The notes under the pieces: model-generated
What the model was told of the DNA's origin: nothing
Seen by the model: the letters and a program-made list of their open reading frames with translations, nothing else
Databases searched by the model: none
Part shown: positions 27,404-36,066 of the stretch, in pieces
How the letters are laid out: each line of letters opens with the position of its first letter
Numbering within the stretch: position 1 is the stretch's first letter
Translations under genes and position numbers: made by a program
Assembly (NCBI GenBank): GCA_963205185.1
Contig: CAUJHZ010000018.1
Coordinates: 27,665 to 91,664 of the forward strand
DNA: 64,000 nt
Origin: Planctomycetota bacterium
Lineage (GTDB): Bacteria; Planctomycetota; Phycisphaerae; Phycisphaerales; UBA5793
Reading direction: 5' to 3'

Positions 27404-28446
27404 GCCGCCTCGACCAGCAGCAAGCTGTGGCCGGTCTGGCTGCGGCTCTCGGACTGGATTGGCGCGATCCGATCACCGCAATCCTCCGCCACTGCAACGG
27501 CAAGATTGCCGCCTGGCTCAAGGAGGCTCGTCGCGTCGGTAGCCTTGACGAACTCCAGCTGTTGATCTGCCGCCAACTCCACCTTGTCTTCGAGGAGTTC
27601 CACACAGAGGGCGAGCTCACGCAACTGATCGCAAAATACGTCAGCATGGGCGAGGTGGGTTTCGCAGGGATTAGGGCCACATTCAACGACGATGTCTATG
27701 CGACGCTCACCGAGCGTCGCCACATGAAGAGCCGCGACGAGCCCCGCTACATCGCCTTCATCGACCTCCGCGGCGACAAAGCCGCCCGCAGGTACTTCAC
27801 CCGCTGGCACGAGATCGCTCACTTGCTGACTTTGGTTAAGCAGCTCGAGCTCCCCTTTCACCGGTCGACGAAGCAGCGAGATCCTATCGAGCAGTTGATG
27901 GACGTCATCGCCGGTGACGTCGGATTCTACGATCCGATCTTCCGACCCACCGTCGAGCGCGCTTTCGACCGCGACCCTCGGCTGACGTTCGCAGCCGTCG
28001 AGAACATCCGCGCAGAAGTCTGCCCAGGTGCGAGCTTCCACGCAACGCTGATCGCTTGCGCGAAGCGCTGGCCCGCTTCTGTTATTACGCTGGAGGTTGG
28101 ACTCGGACTAAAGAAGGCGGAAGTCTCGATAGTCCGGAGCGGGCAACTCGGGATCTTCAGCGACAAGCCCGAGATGAAGCTGCGAGCCATCGTTGCCATC
28201 GGCAACGAGGCCGCCAAGAAGGCTCGGTTCCGAATCCACCAGAACATGCGAATCCCGGAGGCGTCGCTGCTTTCACGTCACTTCGCTGACACCGACGAGC
28301 GTCGCCTTGCCTTGGACACTTCTGGCCGGGAGAACCTGGCCATCTGGCAGCACTCCGACGGAACATCGCTCGGGCACTTAGACGTTTTCATCGAGGCTAG
28401 GCGCCTCCATGACCATCTTGTCGCCCTTGTGAGGCCAGTCGAATAG
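27400..28446 (+). CDS. ImmA/IrrE-family zinc metallopeptidase
   Basis: HExxH 'WHEIAHLL'. GTG at 27400 overlaps the XRE stop (GTGA) and follows AAGGAG; GTG at 27382 is an alternative start. Confidence 0.7.
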   Translation: MSRLDQQQAVAGLAAALGLDWRDPITAILRHCNGKIAAWLKEARRVGSLDELQLLICRQLHLVFEEFHTEGELTQLIAKYVSMGEVGFAGIRATFNDDVYATLTERRHMKSRDEPRYIAFIDLRGDKAARRYFTRWHEIAHLLTLVKQLELPFHRSTKQRDPIEQLMDVIAGDVGFYDPIFRPTVERAFDRDPRLTFAAVENIRAEVCPGASFHATLIACAKRWPASVITLEVGLGLKKAEVSIVRSGQLGIFSDKPEMKLRAIVAIGNEAAKKARFRIHQNMRIPEASLLSRHFADTDERRLALDTSGRENLAIWQHSDGTSLGHLDVFIEARRLHDHLVALVRPVE

Positions 28447-28722
28447 CCACCGCTTGTCGAGCACGACCGCCGCGTGTTCATGAGCCAGCACATGGCGCGT
28501 GCTTACAATCAGCGGCGGGAATCCCCGGCGCGTCTCCTCGGAAACGAGACGAGCAGCCTCGCCGATGACCTCGACGCATCGGATGACTGCTGCTTGGACA
28601 AGTTCATCGTTGAGGAACTCGTCGAGGGAGCGCTCACCCAGAAACTCGCGGGCGCGCTGGGCGTGTATGCGCATGTCTTCGCACTTCACCAGATCGCGTT
28701 CGCGTGGGTCAGGCACATTCAT
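28378..28722 (-). CDS. hepT: HepT (DUF86) toxin
   Basis: 114 aa; 'RHVLAHEH' (Rx4H-type motif); start overlaps the MNT stop by 14 nt. Confidence 0.7.
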   Translation of the reverse strand: MNVPDPRERDLVKCEDMRIHAQRAREFLGERSLDEFLNDELVQAAVIRCVEVIGEAARLVSEETRRGFPPLIVSTRHVLAHEHAAVVLDKRWLFDWPHKGDKMVMEAPSLDENV

Positions 28723-29023
28723 ACAGCGGCTCGGTGCTCCGCAAGGCGAAGTGTCGGAAGTACTTGTTCGGCGATCGCTCTACTGACTCGCGCGTGAGCA
28801 GATCGACGGTCCGACCAAAGAGGTCTTCCAGCGCCTGCTGCAATGCGACGATTCTCAAGCCGACCTTCGCGTCTGGGATGAACGCGACAAGGATATCGAG
28901 GTCGCTGTCAGGTGAGGCATCGCCTCGCACGAAGCTGCCAAAAACTTCGAGCCGCGCGACGCCAAACTCCTGACAGAGATCCGCGAGACGCTGGGAATCA
29001 ATTTTGAGATCGGCCAGTCGCAT
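28709..29023 (-). CDS. mntA: MNT nucleotidyltransferase antitoxin
   Basis: 'LEVFGSFVRGDASPDSDLDILV'. ATG at 29023 chosen over the longer ORF. Confidence 0.75.
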   Translation of the reverse strand: MRLADLKIDSQRLADLCQEFGVARLEVFGSFVRGDASPDSDLDILVAFIPDAKVGLRIVALQQALEDLFGRTVDLLTRESVERSPNKYFRHFALRSTEPLYECA

Positions 29024-29267
29024 GATGAGCCTCGACTTGCCGCGAGGGGAGTGTTCGTGTCGCTCTCGCGCCGCCGAGAGGAACAGGCTCGTTAACCATT
29101 TGGGGGTCGTCAACCAGAGAGTCTGAGAGTTCCAACGCCGATTCTCGAACTCTCGATCGGAACCCCGGTGATTCGGATCGAACCCCGATCGCAGCGGTCG
29201 GAAACAGAGAGTCAGAAACCTCTCGCGGCAATTCTCCTAACGCTTTGATTGGGCGAACTTACGACGA

Positions 29268-29625
29268 ATTGCCGAGGACTCTCGTCCTCGGCAATCCTCG
29301 TCAACCGGACGGTAGAGAGCATTCGCTCTTTTTCCGTGAACTCCCCGATCCGAACGGTTTCGAACTGTTGGCTGTTTTTGGCTGAGGGGTTTTCGCGCTC
29401 GCGCGGTGTTAACCATGCTGAAAAACAGCGTTGGCGCTGTCAAAAACTGCGTTGGCGCGTGTGTCGTGCCTGGCGATGGTTCGGCCCCTGGCGACGGCTG
29501 CCCGCGAACTACAACCTGACACCTGCCTTCGTAGCGGGGCCAGGTGCTGCTTGCGGCGCTCGCGCGGCGTTAACCACCAGCGTCATCCAAAACTGCCAGC
29601 ATACTGGTTAACAATGCGCGAGCGC
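29268..29625. repeat. repeat- and hairpin-rich noncoding region
   Basis: 11-bp perfect hairpin 29268-29278 / 29285-29295. 21-mer GCGCTCGCGCGG(T/C)GTTAACCA at 29395-29415 and 29556-29576, with an inverted copy at 29605-29625. Tandem AAAAAC(A/T)GCGTTGGCGC at 29421-29437 and 29442-29458. Confidence 0.6.
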
Positions 29626-29780
29626 CGCGTGGGCCGAGCGACTCGTGTCCGCCGATGAACGCAGAGATGATGACCCGGATCATCCTCGTCCACCAACTGT
29701 ACAAGTCCACATGAACCGCAACCTCTTCCTCCGCCCGCTCCGGGGCCAGGCTGGCTCCTTTCGGACGTGGAGACTCGGCC

Positions 29781-29963
29781 CTAACCGCGGGGCCGGTTCA
29801 CCACAGTGAGGCGCGAAGGCTCGCCGAGTTCAAGGGCGATGTTGCCGGAATCTGAGGATTCCGCGGGAGGCAAAGATGCTCGCGTTCGGGCGGCCCGGAC
29901 GGAGCGCATTAGGCCGCATGCGAGGATGCGGGCGACCTCGGCACGGCGCTCGGCAGCGGACAT
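29781..29963 (-). CDS. orphan paralog (60 aa) of the recombinase-cassette leader ORF
   Basis: 'MSAAERRAEVARILACGLMRS...SSDSGNIALELGEPSRLTVVNRPRG'. No DUF2924 or recombinase gene downstream. Confidence 0.4.
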   Translation of the reverse strand: MSAAERRAEVARILACGLMRSVRAARTRASLPPAESSDSGNIALELGEPSRLTVVNRPRG

Positions 29964-30132
29964 GGTGGCGGGATCGGTGATGGTGGGCAATGCTGGCTCC
30001 GGCATAGGACATAATGCCGCGCAGGACGAAGCGCGCCGTCATGGGTTACCTATGCCGGGCAAATGTGCGATGTCCGGTTGCGAGGTGAGTTCGCAATCCG
30101 GACAGGCGATCCATTGGATGGACTATTCAAAC

Positions 30133-31521
30133 TCAGTCAAACGTGTGCACGACTAACCGGCTGATCGCGCACTCCCCCGACACCACCGCCTGGAAGAGGA
30201 TGGTCTGGCCGCGTGCGATGAGGGGGACGGGGCGAGTGATGGTGGCGACGCCTTGCTCGTTGGCGGCGGCCGTCCCGATGACGGTTGGGTTGTCGAGTTG
30301 CAGCGCATTCTGCTGGAGGTCGCAACCGGGGATGCGCGTGCCGCCGCCGTGGCGGGAGTAGAGGAAGGTGATGCGGGCGCCGGGGGTAACGCCCGTGACC
30401 CTGATCGTGTTGTTCGTTCCCGCGGTGCCCGGCGACGGGGATTCAAGTGTCATTGTGGGACTCACCGGTGACATCAGGAACGCGATCCCGGCAATTGGAT
30501 CACCGGGGGGGTACGCCGTGCCCGCGATCTGGCCGGCGTCGTTGATAGCCCACGCGGCGGTAAGACCCGCAATCCCGTTCAGACGCGGCGGCGTCAAACT
30601 CATCAGCGATTGCATTCCTCGGCTCTGCTCCCACAGAAATGCCTTACCGAACACGTTTGGAGAGTAACCGAATCCCACGATCTGGCCCGCGTTATTGATG
30701 TCATACGCTGCCGACTCGCTGGTGCCCGGTGTGCCGAGGTCGTAGATGCGATCGTTGTACCACAGCGTTGCGTGCTCTTTACCTGTCGACGTTCGCGAGT
30801 ACCCCACAACACTGGATTCGTCATTGATCCCTGTAGCAACGGCTGCGGAATCTGGATCAAGAGAGCCGAGGTCATTGACCTCACCATTCGCCCACAGCGC
30901 GGCTCTGCGAAGAGTCGTCTCCGGATGCCGAGGATCGGTAATGAGAGCAACGCCGACGATCTCACTGAGATTGTTGATGCCTATTGCGTTCGCCCCCAGT
31001 CCCGGCTCAAGCGGAGCAAGTGCACTCATCTCTCCGTCGGACCACACGAAAGCGTTCTGCGGACTCCCTTGCCCCGGGATGACCTCTGACCATCCGACGA
31101 CCTGTCCGGAGTTGTTAATCGCAAGCGCTTTCGCACTGTCACCACCCAGTGTGCCGATGTCTTCCATGCGGCCATTACGCCAGAGGAACGCGCGCTCAAT
31201 GCTGCCCGGCAGCCGAGACCAGCCGACGATCCAGTTGTTCCCGTTCGCATCTTCGGCGCGACTGTCCAGCCCCCCAAGCGACTCGATATCCAGCGGCGAG
31301 CCATCCACCCAAAGCGTTGCATGAAAGTAGTTGCTGGGAAGATACGCAGAGCCAACAACCAAGCCACCCGGGCTGATTCCCCAGCCAAAGGAATAGGGGC
31401 CGCCGAGTGAGGGAAGGGGAAAGAATGCATATCGGCTTTCTGCCTGTGCCTCGCACTCGGCGGGAAACGCGCATGCAAGCGAAACTGCGATCACGCCGCA
31501 CAGCGAAGTGTGCCTAAGCAT
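30133..31521 (-). CDS. secreted HAF-family repeat protein
   Basis: Signal-like 'MLRHTSLCGVIAVSLACAFPAECEA'. Repeats of '..A(F/L)(L/V)W..G.M.DLG.LGG..S.A.AINN.GQVVG'. RBS GGAGGAGG. Confidence 0.75.
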   Translation of the reverse strand: MLRHTSLCGVIAVSLACAFPAECEAQAESRYAFFPLPSLGGPYSFGWGISPGGLVVGSAYLPSNYFHATLWVDGSPLDIESLGGLDSRAEDANGNNWIVGWSRLPGSIERAFLWRNGRMEDIGTLGGDSAKALAINNSGQVVGWSEVIPGQGSPQNAFVWSDGEMSALAPLEPGLGANAIGINNLSEIVGVALITDPRHPETTLRRAALWANGEVNDLGSLDPDSAAVATGINDESSVVGYSRTSTGKEHATLWYNDRIYDLGTPGTSESAAYDINNAGQIVGFGYSPNVFGKAFLWEQSRGMQSLMSLTPPRLNGIAGLTAAWAINDAGQIAGTAYPPGDPIAGIAFLMSPVSPTMTLESPSPGTAGTNNTIRVTGVTPGARITFLYSRHGGGTRIPGCDLQQNALQLDNPTVIGTAAANEQGVATITRPVPLIARGQTILFQAVVSGECAISRLVVHTFD

Positions 31522-31598
31522 CGTGATTCCTCCTCCAATATGGCATTCGAAGTGCCGGTGCGGCTGTTGGACCGCACCGGCACAGAGACTTGCACGCA

Positions 31599-34193
31599 TT
31601 ACGGATCTTCGGGACAATCAGGGCAACCCTGTCGGCTTTCTGGGAACGTAATCGTGTAACTGTCCGCCTCATCTGTAAACAGGTATTTGAGTGGCGTGAA
31701 CTTGTCCGTATCGGTGATAAATGTGATACCACCGCCGTTGTTGCAGATTCTGTTGCCCCACAACGCGGCCATGTCGTACGTCATCAATGAAGGCGATTGC
31801 ATTCCTGTTGGTCCATAGCAGGCAACTGTGAATTCCGCGTTGACGAGGGCCATCAGTGCCGTATCTACTTCGAAGTCGCCGTTGAACCCATTCTGTGAGT
31901 CATCTCGCCAATCCGCCGAGAAGTCCTCCCATGGCTGACCGGGATCGTCCCAGCAGCAGTTTTCCGGTGGTCCAGGATCGCAGCCTTCGTCATTTCGATA
32001 GCGCACGAAGTCGTCATGATTGGCCGTTGCCCAAGCACCGCTTGCTCTCGGCCCCCACTCCAGTGCAGTCATCCAATTCGGCACTGCTTCCCAAGGGGCT
32101 TCGGTGTCGGTGAGATCATCCACTGTGTTGGTAACGTCCGAAATGTCCTCGTAATGGATATGTGTATCGAACAGCATCTGGTTGTCATTGAGCCAGGGCA
32201 CGAGGTTGGTCATGATGAAGAGTGGAAGCGTCTGTTCGCCATGGGCGTTGAGAACGGTTCCGAACGGAATGCCTGGTCCGATGATGCGCAGCGGCCGACC
32301 TGCGAGCGCCGACCCTTCCAATGCCGCCCACGCTTGATCTTCGAGCCAGTCGCGTACGAGGATGAACGCATCCTGCGCGCATCCCGGATTGACGTTAAGG
32401 CGGACACCATCGAGGTCGTAGTAGACTGCTTCCCCCTCCCAAGAACACCCGTCGATGTCACTGTTGCGGAAGAGATACCTGCCCGCGCCCGTGAATACCT
32501 CGTTGCCAGTCTGCACATAGTCAATGCAGTGCGCGAACTGGTAGCCGAACTTCTTGATGTTCGCGAGATTGCCGTCGCGTTCAATGTCATCTTCCGGAAG
32601 GAAATCGAAGCCGTGGAACTCCGGATCATCATTCAATGATGAACGCAGCCAGATCACGATCTCGCGACTGCCTGAGCCGCGCGACCAACGATTGACCTGG
32701 TCGCGGAAGTCCTGACAAGCACTTTCGCCCTGCAGAATCAGATTGAGAGCGTACTCCTCTGACGGAAGATCCTCGGCCAGCACAGTCAGATGCAAGGGCA
32801 AGCGGACGACCGACGTGTACTCGATGTCATCCGCAACCGTCTCTTGGTACGGGGGTGAGTGAAGTCCCACGCGAATGTCCTCGGCCCAGTCGATCAACCA
32901 ATTCCCGTTCGCGTCATCCTCAATGTCCAGCGCGATCTCCCGGACATCCGATTCACCATTGTTATTGACGTCGTAGGGGACGAGCTTGAAGGCCACCCAG
33001 GCGCCACCGCTGCCCAACTGCCCGACGCCGACGATTTCACCGGCGTCGTTGATGTCCGTGCAGTTCATGTTGATCATGTTCGTGGGCAGGCCGAGCGCGT
33101 AGGCGGAGAGGTCGATCTGCGTCCCCGTGCCGGAGGCGACATCATCGCAGATCCAGAGGTAGTTCTCGCCGACGACCTCGGGGTACTGCTGATCATTGAT
33201 CGCTTCGGGGATGAAGTCGGTGGAAGTGCCCTGACTCACGCCAACCCACTGTGACGATGAGCCGTCGTAGTACCACAGAATGGTGTCGGAGATTGAACCT
33301 CCGCTGAGCTTGCCTCCGACGATCACATCATCGTCGTTCACATCGACGGCGAAGCCTACTTGCGAACCGGTGATCCCCGTCAGATCCGTGATCTGCCATG
33401 AAGTATCGAAGTACCAGACAACGGCCTGGTACTTGGAATTCGAGTCCTTGCATTGGCCAACCACCAGACTGTTGCCCAGCGTCGTGTTTGGCGTCACTCC
33501 AAGCGCGTTGGTCACATCGCCACCCGACAGCGCTGGTAAGGTGACCGGTGAGCCGATGATGTCCCACCAGCCGACGGGCGTGCCGCTCGCACCAGTGCCG
33601 ATGACGACCCCTTGGTTGTTGATGTCGTTCGCGTAGCCGTTGGCGGTGCCGATCTGCGTCAGTGTGCCGGTGTATGTACTGCTTAGCGCGAGGAAGAAGG
33701 CCTTTGGTCCCGAGTTGTTGCGCGTGCCGCAGATCTCGAGTTCATCATTGATGCCGCGCAGTCCATAGCTATTCAGGTCGATTTCACCGGAGGCGTCTTC
33801 GAGCGGACCCTGCCACCCGTCCGCGAACAACTCGTCGTACCAGATGTAGCCGCGGTAGGAGCTGCCGTTGTTTATGGTCGCAACGACCACGCCGTCGTTG
33901 TTGATGTGCACACCCGCCGTCTGAACAAGCGTGCAGTTCTCCGGCATCGGCAATTCCAAATACACAAATGGCTTAAACAGAGGATCTGTCATCGTCATTC
34001 CCATGGCAGCGTTGGCCGAGGCCTCGGCCGACGCCGCCGTCTCTACCCCGGTCGCAGCTGGAACCCACCTCTCTCCTGCCGCCGCATTGGCGTGCCAAAG
34101 GGTCTCGCCTGCTGCAGCCAGCAAGATTGTACTGGCTCCCAGCAATGCAATGGTTGAGAATCCGACGTGAACTCGTGGAAAAAGACGTCTCAT
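31599..34193 (-). CDS. secreted HAF-repeat protein with unassigned C-terminal domain of about 430 aa
   Basis: Signal-like 'MRRLFPRVHVGFSTIALLGASTILLAAAG'; HAF-like repeats in the N-terminal half; C-terminal half contains 'YVQTGNEVF' and 'TALEWGP'. RBS GGAGG. Confidence 0.7.
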   Translation of the reverse strand: MRRLFPRVHVGFSTIALLGASTILLAAAGETLWHANAAAGERWVPAATGVETAASAEASANAAMGMTMTDPLFKPFVYLELPMPENCTLVQTAGVHINNDGVVVATINNGSSYRGYIWYDELFADGWQGPLEDASGEIDLNSYGLRGINDELEICGTRNNSGPKAFFLALSSTYTGTLTQIGTANGYANDINNQGVVIGTGASGTPVGWWDIIGSPVTLPALSGGDVTNALGVTPNTTLGNSLVVGQCKDSNSKYQAVVWYFDTSWQITDLTGITGSQVGFAVDVNDDDVIVGGKLSGGSISDTILWYYDGSSSQWVGVSQGTSTDFIPEAINDQQYPEVVGENYLWICDDVASGTGTQIDLSAYALGLPTNMINMNCTDINDAGEIVGVGQLGSGGAWVAFKLVPYDVNNNGESDVREIALDIEDDANGNWLIDWAEDIRVGLHSPPYQETVADDIEYTSVVRLPLHLTVLAEDLPSEEYALNLILQGESACQDFRDQVNRWSRGSGSREIVIWLRSSLNDDPEFHGFDFLPEDDIERDGNLANIKKFGYQFAHCIDYVQTGNEVFTGAGRYLFRNSDIDGCSWEGEAVYYDLDGVRLNVNPGCAQDAFILVRDWLEDQAWAALEGSALAGRPLRIIGPGIPFGTVLNAHGEQTLPLFIMTNLVPWLNDNQMLFDTHIHYEDISDVTNTVDDLTDTEAPWEAVPNWMTALEWGPRASGAWATANHDDFVRYRNDEGCDPGPPENCCWDDPGQPWEDFSADWRDDSQNGFNGDFEVDTALMALVNAEFTVACYGPTGMQSPSLMTYDMAALWGNRICNNGGGITFITDTDKFTPLKYLFTDEADSYTITFPESRQGCPDCPEDP

Positions 34194-34673
34194 AGGACGC
34201 CTCCTTCGAATAGAACGGTGGCGAACTGCCAACGACAAGGTGGCCGCTCCATCCACCGCACCGCCAGCTGGCAACGCTGGCCGTTCGCACCCACGAGAGC
34301 CAGTCACCCGGCTGAGTTCGGGCGGCAGCGCTCTGCGACGTTGCTTCAAGATACCGCGAGGCAGTTCCCGGGGTGAGGCGGCGCAGTCGATTCAGTGGCA
34401 GATTCAGCAGATCGGGGAAAGCACAGCGCGCGCGAGCACTGTCGCGCCCGCTCCCCTCGCGCAACAGTGGGGGTTGCGCTCCCTATAGGGGAGACAACCC
34501 CCTCATAACCCCGTACCCTGCGAAACAGAGACTCGGAGAGACTTTTGGCCCAATTCGGCGCTTTTGCCGACCCCGGCCACGCCCATCGGTTATGACCTCA
34601 GCGCGAGCGGAGACACCGCTCGACATCGCGCCCTTCGCCAAGTCCTTGCAGAACAGTGGCCTGCAAACGCGAA

Positions 34674-34740
34674 CGCCGCCGAGGTCGCTCGGCGGCGTCT
34701 CGGTTAAACCACAGGGCCGGCTGCGTTTGCAACCGGCCCT
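34674..34740 (-). terminator. two GC-rich hairpins downstream of 34920..35462 (terminator candidates)
   Basis: AGGGCCGG/CCGGCCCT at 34713-34740. CGCCGCCGAG/CTCGGCGGCG at 34674-34697, followed on the minus strand by TTCGCGTTTGC. Confidence 0.3.
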
Positions 34741-34919
34741 TCAATAGTGGGGGCGCAACAGTGTTCGCAAGGGCGCACGAGGGGGAGAGAGACATGCGAG
34801 GGGAGTGGCGATTCTGCAAGTTGCAAAGGCATGGATCGGGGTGGGCGTGAACGTCCCCTGAAGAGCTAGATCCCTGTCTATCCAAGTCCTCCACTGCTGG
34901 ATGGTAGGACAGTGAGGAC

Positions 34920-35462
34920 TCAAATCTGATCGATGCGGCTGGTGGCGGGCTGCGCTCGAGTAGGCTGCGGGGCAAATGTCCTCCCGCACTCGGGGCATGT
35001 CGCATCCTCCACGAGTCCTACGCGCGGGTAGCCGCAGGGACAGAATCCGGGGCAGGTGCGCCTTTTTCGCCGCCAGAGCACCAAGGTAGTTGATGCGCCC
35101 ACGGCGAGCAATGCCCAACAGGGGATAAATACATCCCAGAATGTGATGGTTCCGGTCGGGGTGTATCGGTATTCGAACCAGAGCTTCCAATGTGGTGGTG
35201 CGCCGCGGATGGGCTCCGACTTCCATCCATTTGGGCCAAACCACCCGGACATGCCCTGCCGGTCAATCGCCCGACGAACTCGCAGCCCACCCTCCGAGCA
35301 TTCAAGACCGAGCCAGTACATTCCGCCGGAATGAACGCGACCGTCGGCCCACTGGATGGTATACCAGCCGCTAAGCAGCCAGGCCAGAACCATTATCGCG
35401 CACACGACGACGCCACTCCACCTGAGGATGGCATTCGCAGTTTCCCCGACACTGCGCGTCAT
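34920..35462 (-). CDS. membrane protein with C-terminal CxCGY..CPECG zinc ribbon
   Basis: TM 'WSGVVVCAIMVLAWLLSGW', second TM 'FIPCWALLAVGASTTLVLW', then 'CPCGYPRVGLVEDATCPECG'. Confidence 0.55.
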   Translation of the reverse strand: MTRSVGETANAILRWSGVVVCAIMVLAWLLSGWYTIQWADGRVHSGGMYWLGLECSEGGLRVRRAIDRQGMSGWFGPNGWKSEPIRGAPPHWKLWFEYRYTPTGTITFWDVFIPCWALLAVGASTTLVLWRRKRRTCPGFCPCGYPRVGLVEDATCPECGRTFAPQPTRAQPATSRIDQI

Positions 35463-35619
35463 GCCACAACCTTACCCGTCATGCGCCACCTTACCGTTGC
35501 TGGTTTGCACATTCCCCCTGGTTCCTGTCCAATTCCTCTTGCCAGTGTTGGATTGCGTCAAGCACCTGCTGACGACAGGCTTCGCTAACCGTTCCGAGCC
35601 TCTCACGTAGACACTCTAG

Positions 35620-36021
35620 TTATTTGCCTAAGCACACGACACTCCGACATTCGAGAGACACTGTTGGGTCCGAGAAAGCGAAGCACTTCATACGTTCAAC
35701 TGCACATTCTGCAATGGCACCGCAGTCGCGCACTCCCGGGTGGCTTACATCACACAGGCAGCACAGTAAAATTGGTTCGCCCTCGGGTGTCAACCACCGG
35801 ATCTGGATGGCATCGGTGTTACCCACATGACAGAACGCCGTACAAGCCGGATGTCCAGCGCTCTCACGATGACACGGCCCCTTGGGGCCAGGGCTGGGCA
35901 GAAACGGCAGCCAGGGATCTGGAGGTCGGTAGCGTCTGTCACAATAGCGATAACACGGTCTCTGAAACTTCCAGTCACCCGGGTTCCGGTTACAACACTG
36001 ATAGCACGCTTCGTAACTCAC
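35620..36021 (-). CDS. Cys-rich hypothetical protein
   Basis: 133 aa containing many Cys residues ('CYQCCNRNP', 'CYRYCDRRY', 'LLCCLCDV'). Confidence 0.35.
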   Translation of the reverse strand: MSYEACYQCCNRNPGDWKFQRPCYRYCDRRYRPPDPWLPFLPSPGPKGPCHRESAGHPACTAFCHVGNTDAIQIRWLTPEGEPILLCCLCDVSHPGVRDCGAIAECAVERMKCFAFSDPTVSLECRSVVCLGK

Positions 36022-36066
36022 GCTTTTCGCAGCACAATTTGTTATCCCGTTGTCCCCTTTCGGTGA

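Noticed and set aside
29150-29200. tRNA-like 'GGGGTTCGATCCGAA' (minus strand), possibly a tRNA or att fragment
   Set aside because: No acceptor, D or anticodon arms could be folded around it. The local pairing is better explained by a CGATCGG...CCGATCG stem-loop.
34877-34888. 12-mer TCTATCCAAGTC shared with 43734-43745 upstream of the Rhs gene (possible promoter motif)
   Set aside because: In 64 kb on both strands, hundreds of exact 12-mer coincidences are expected by chance. No extended similarity surrounds it.
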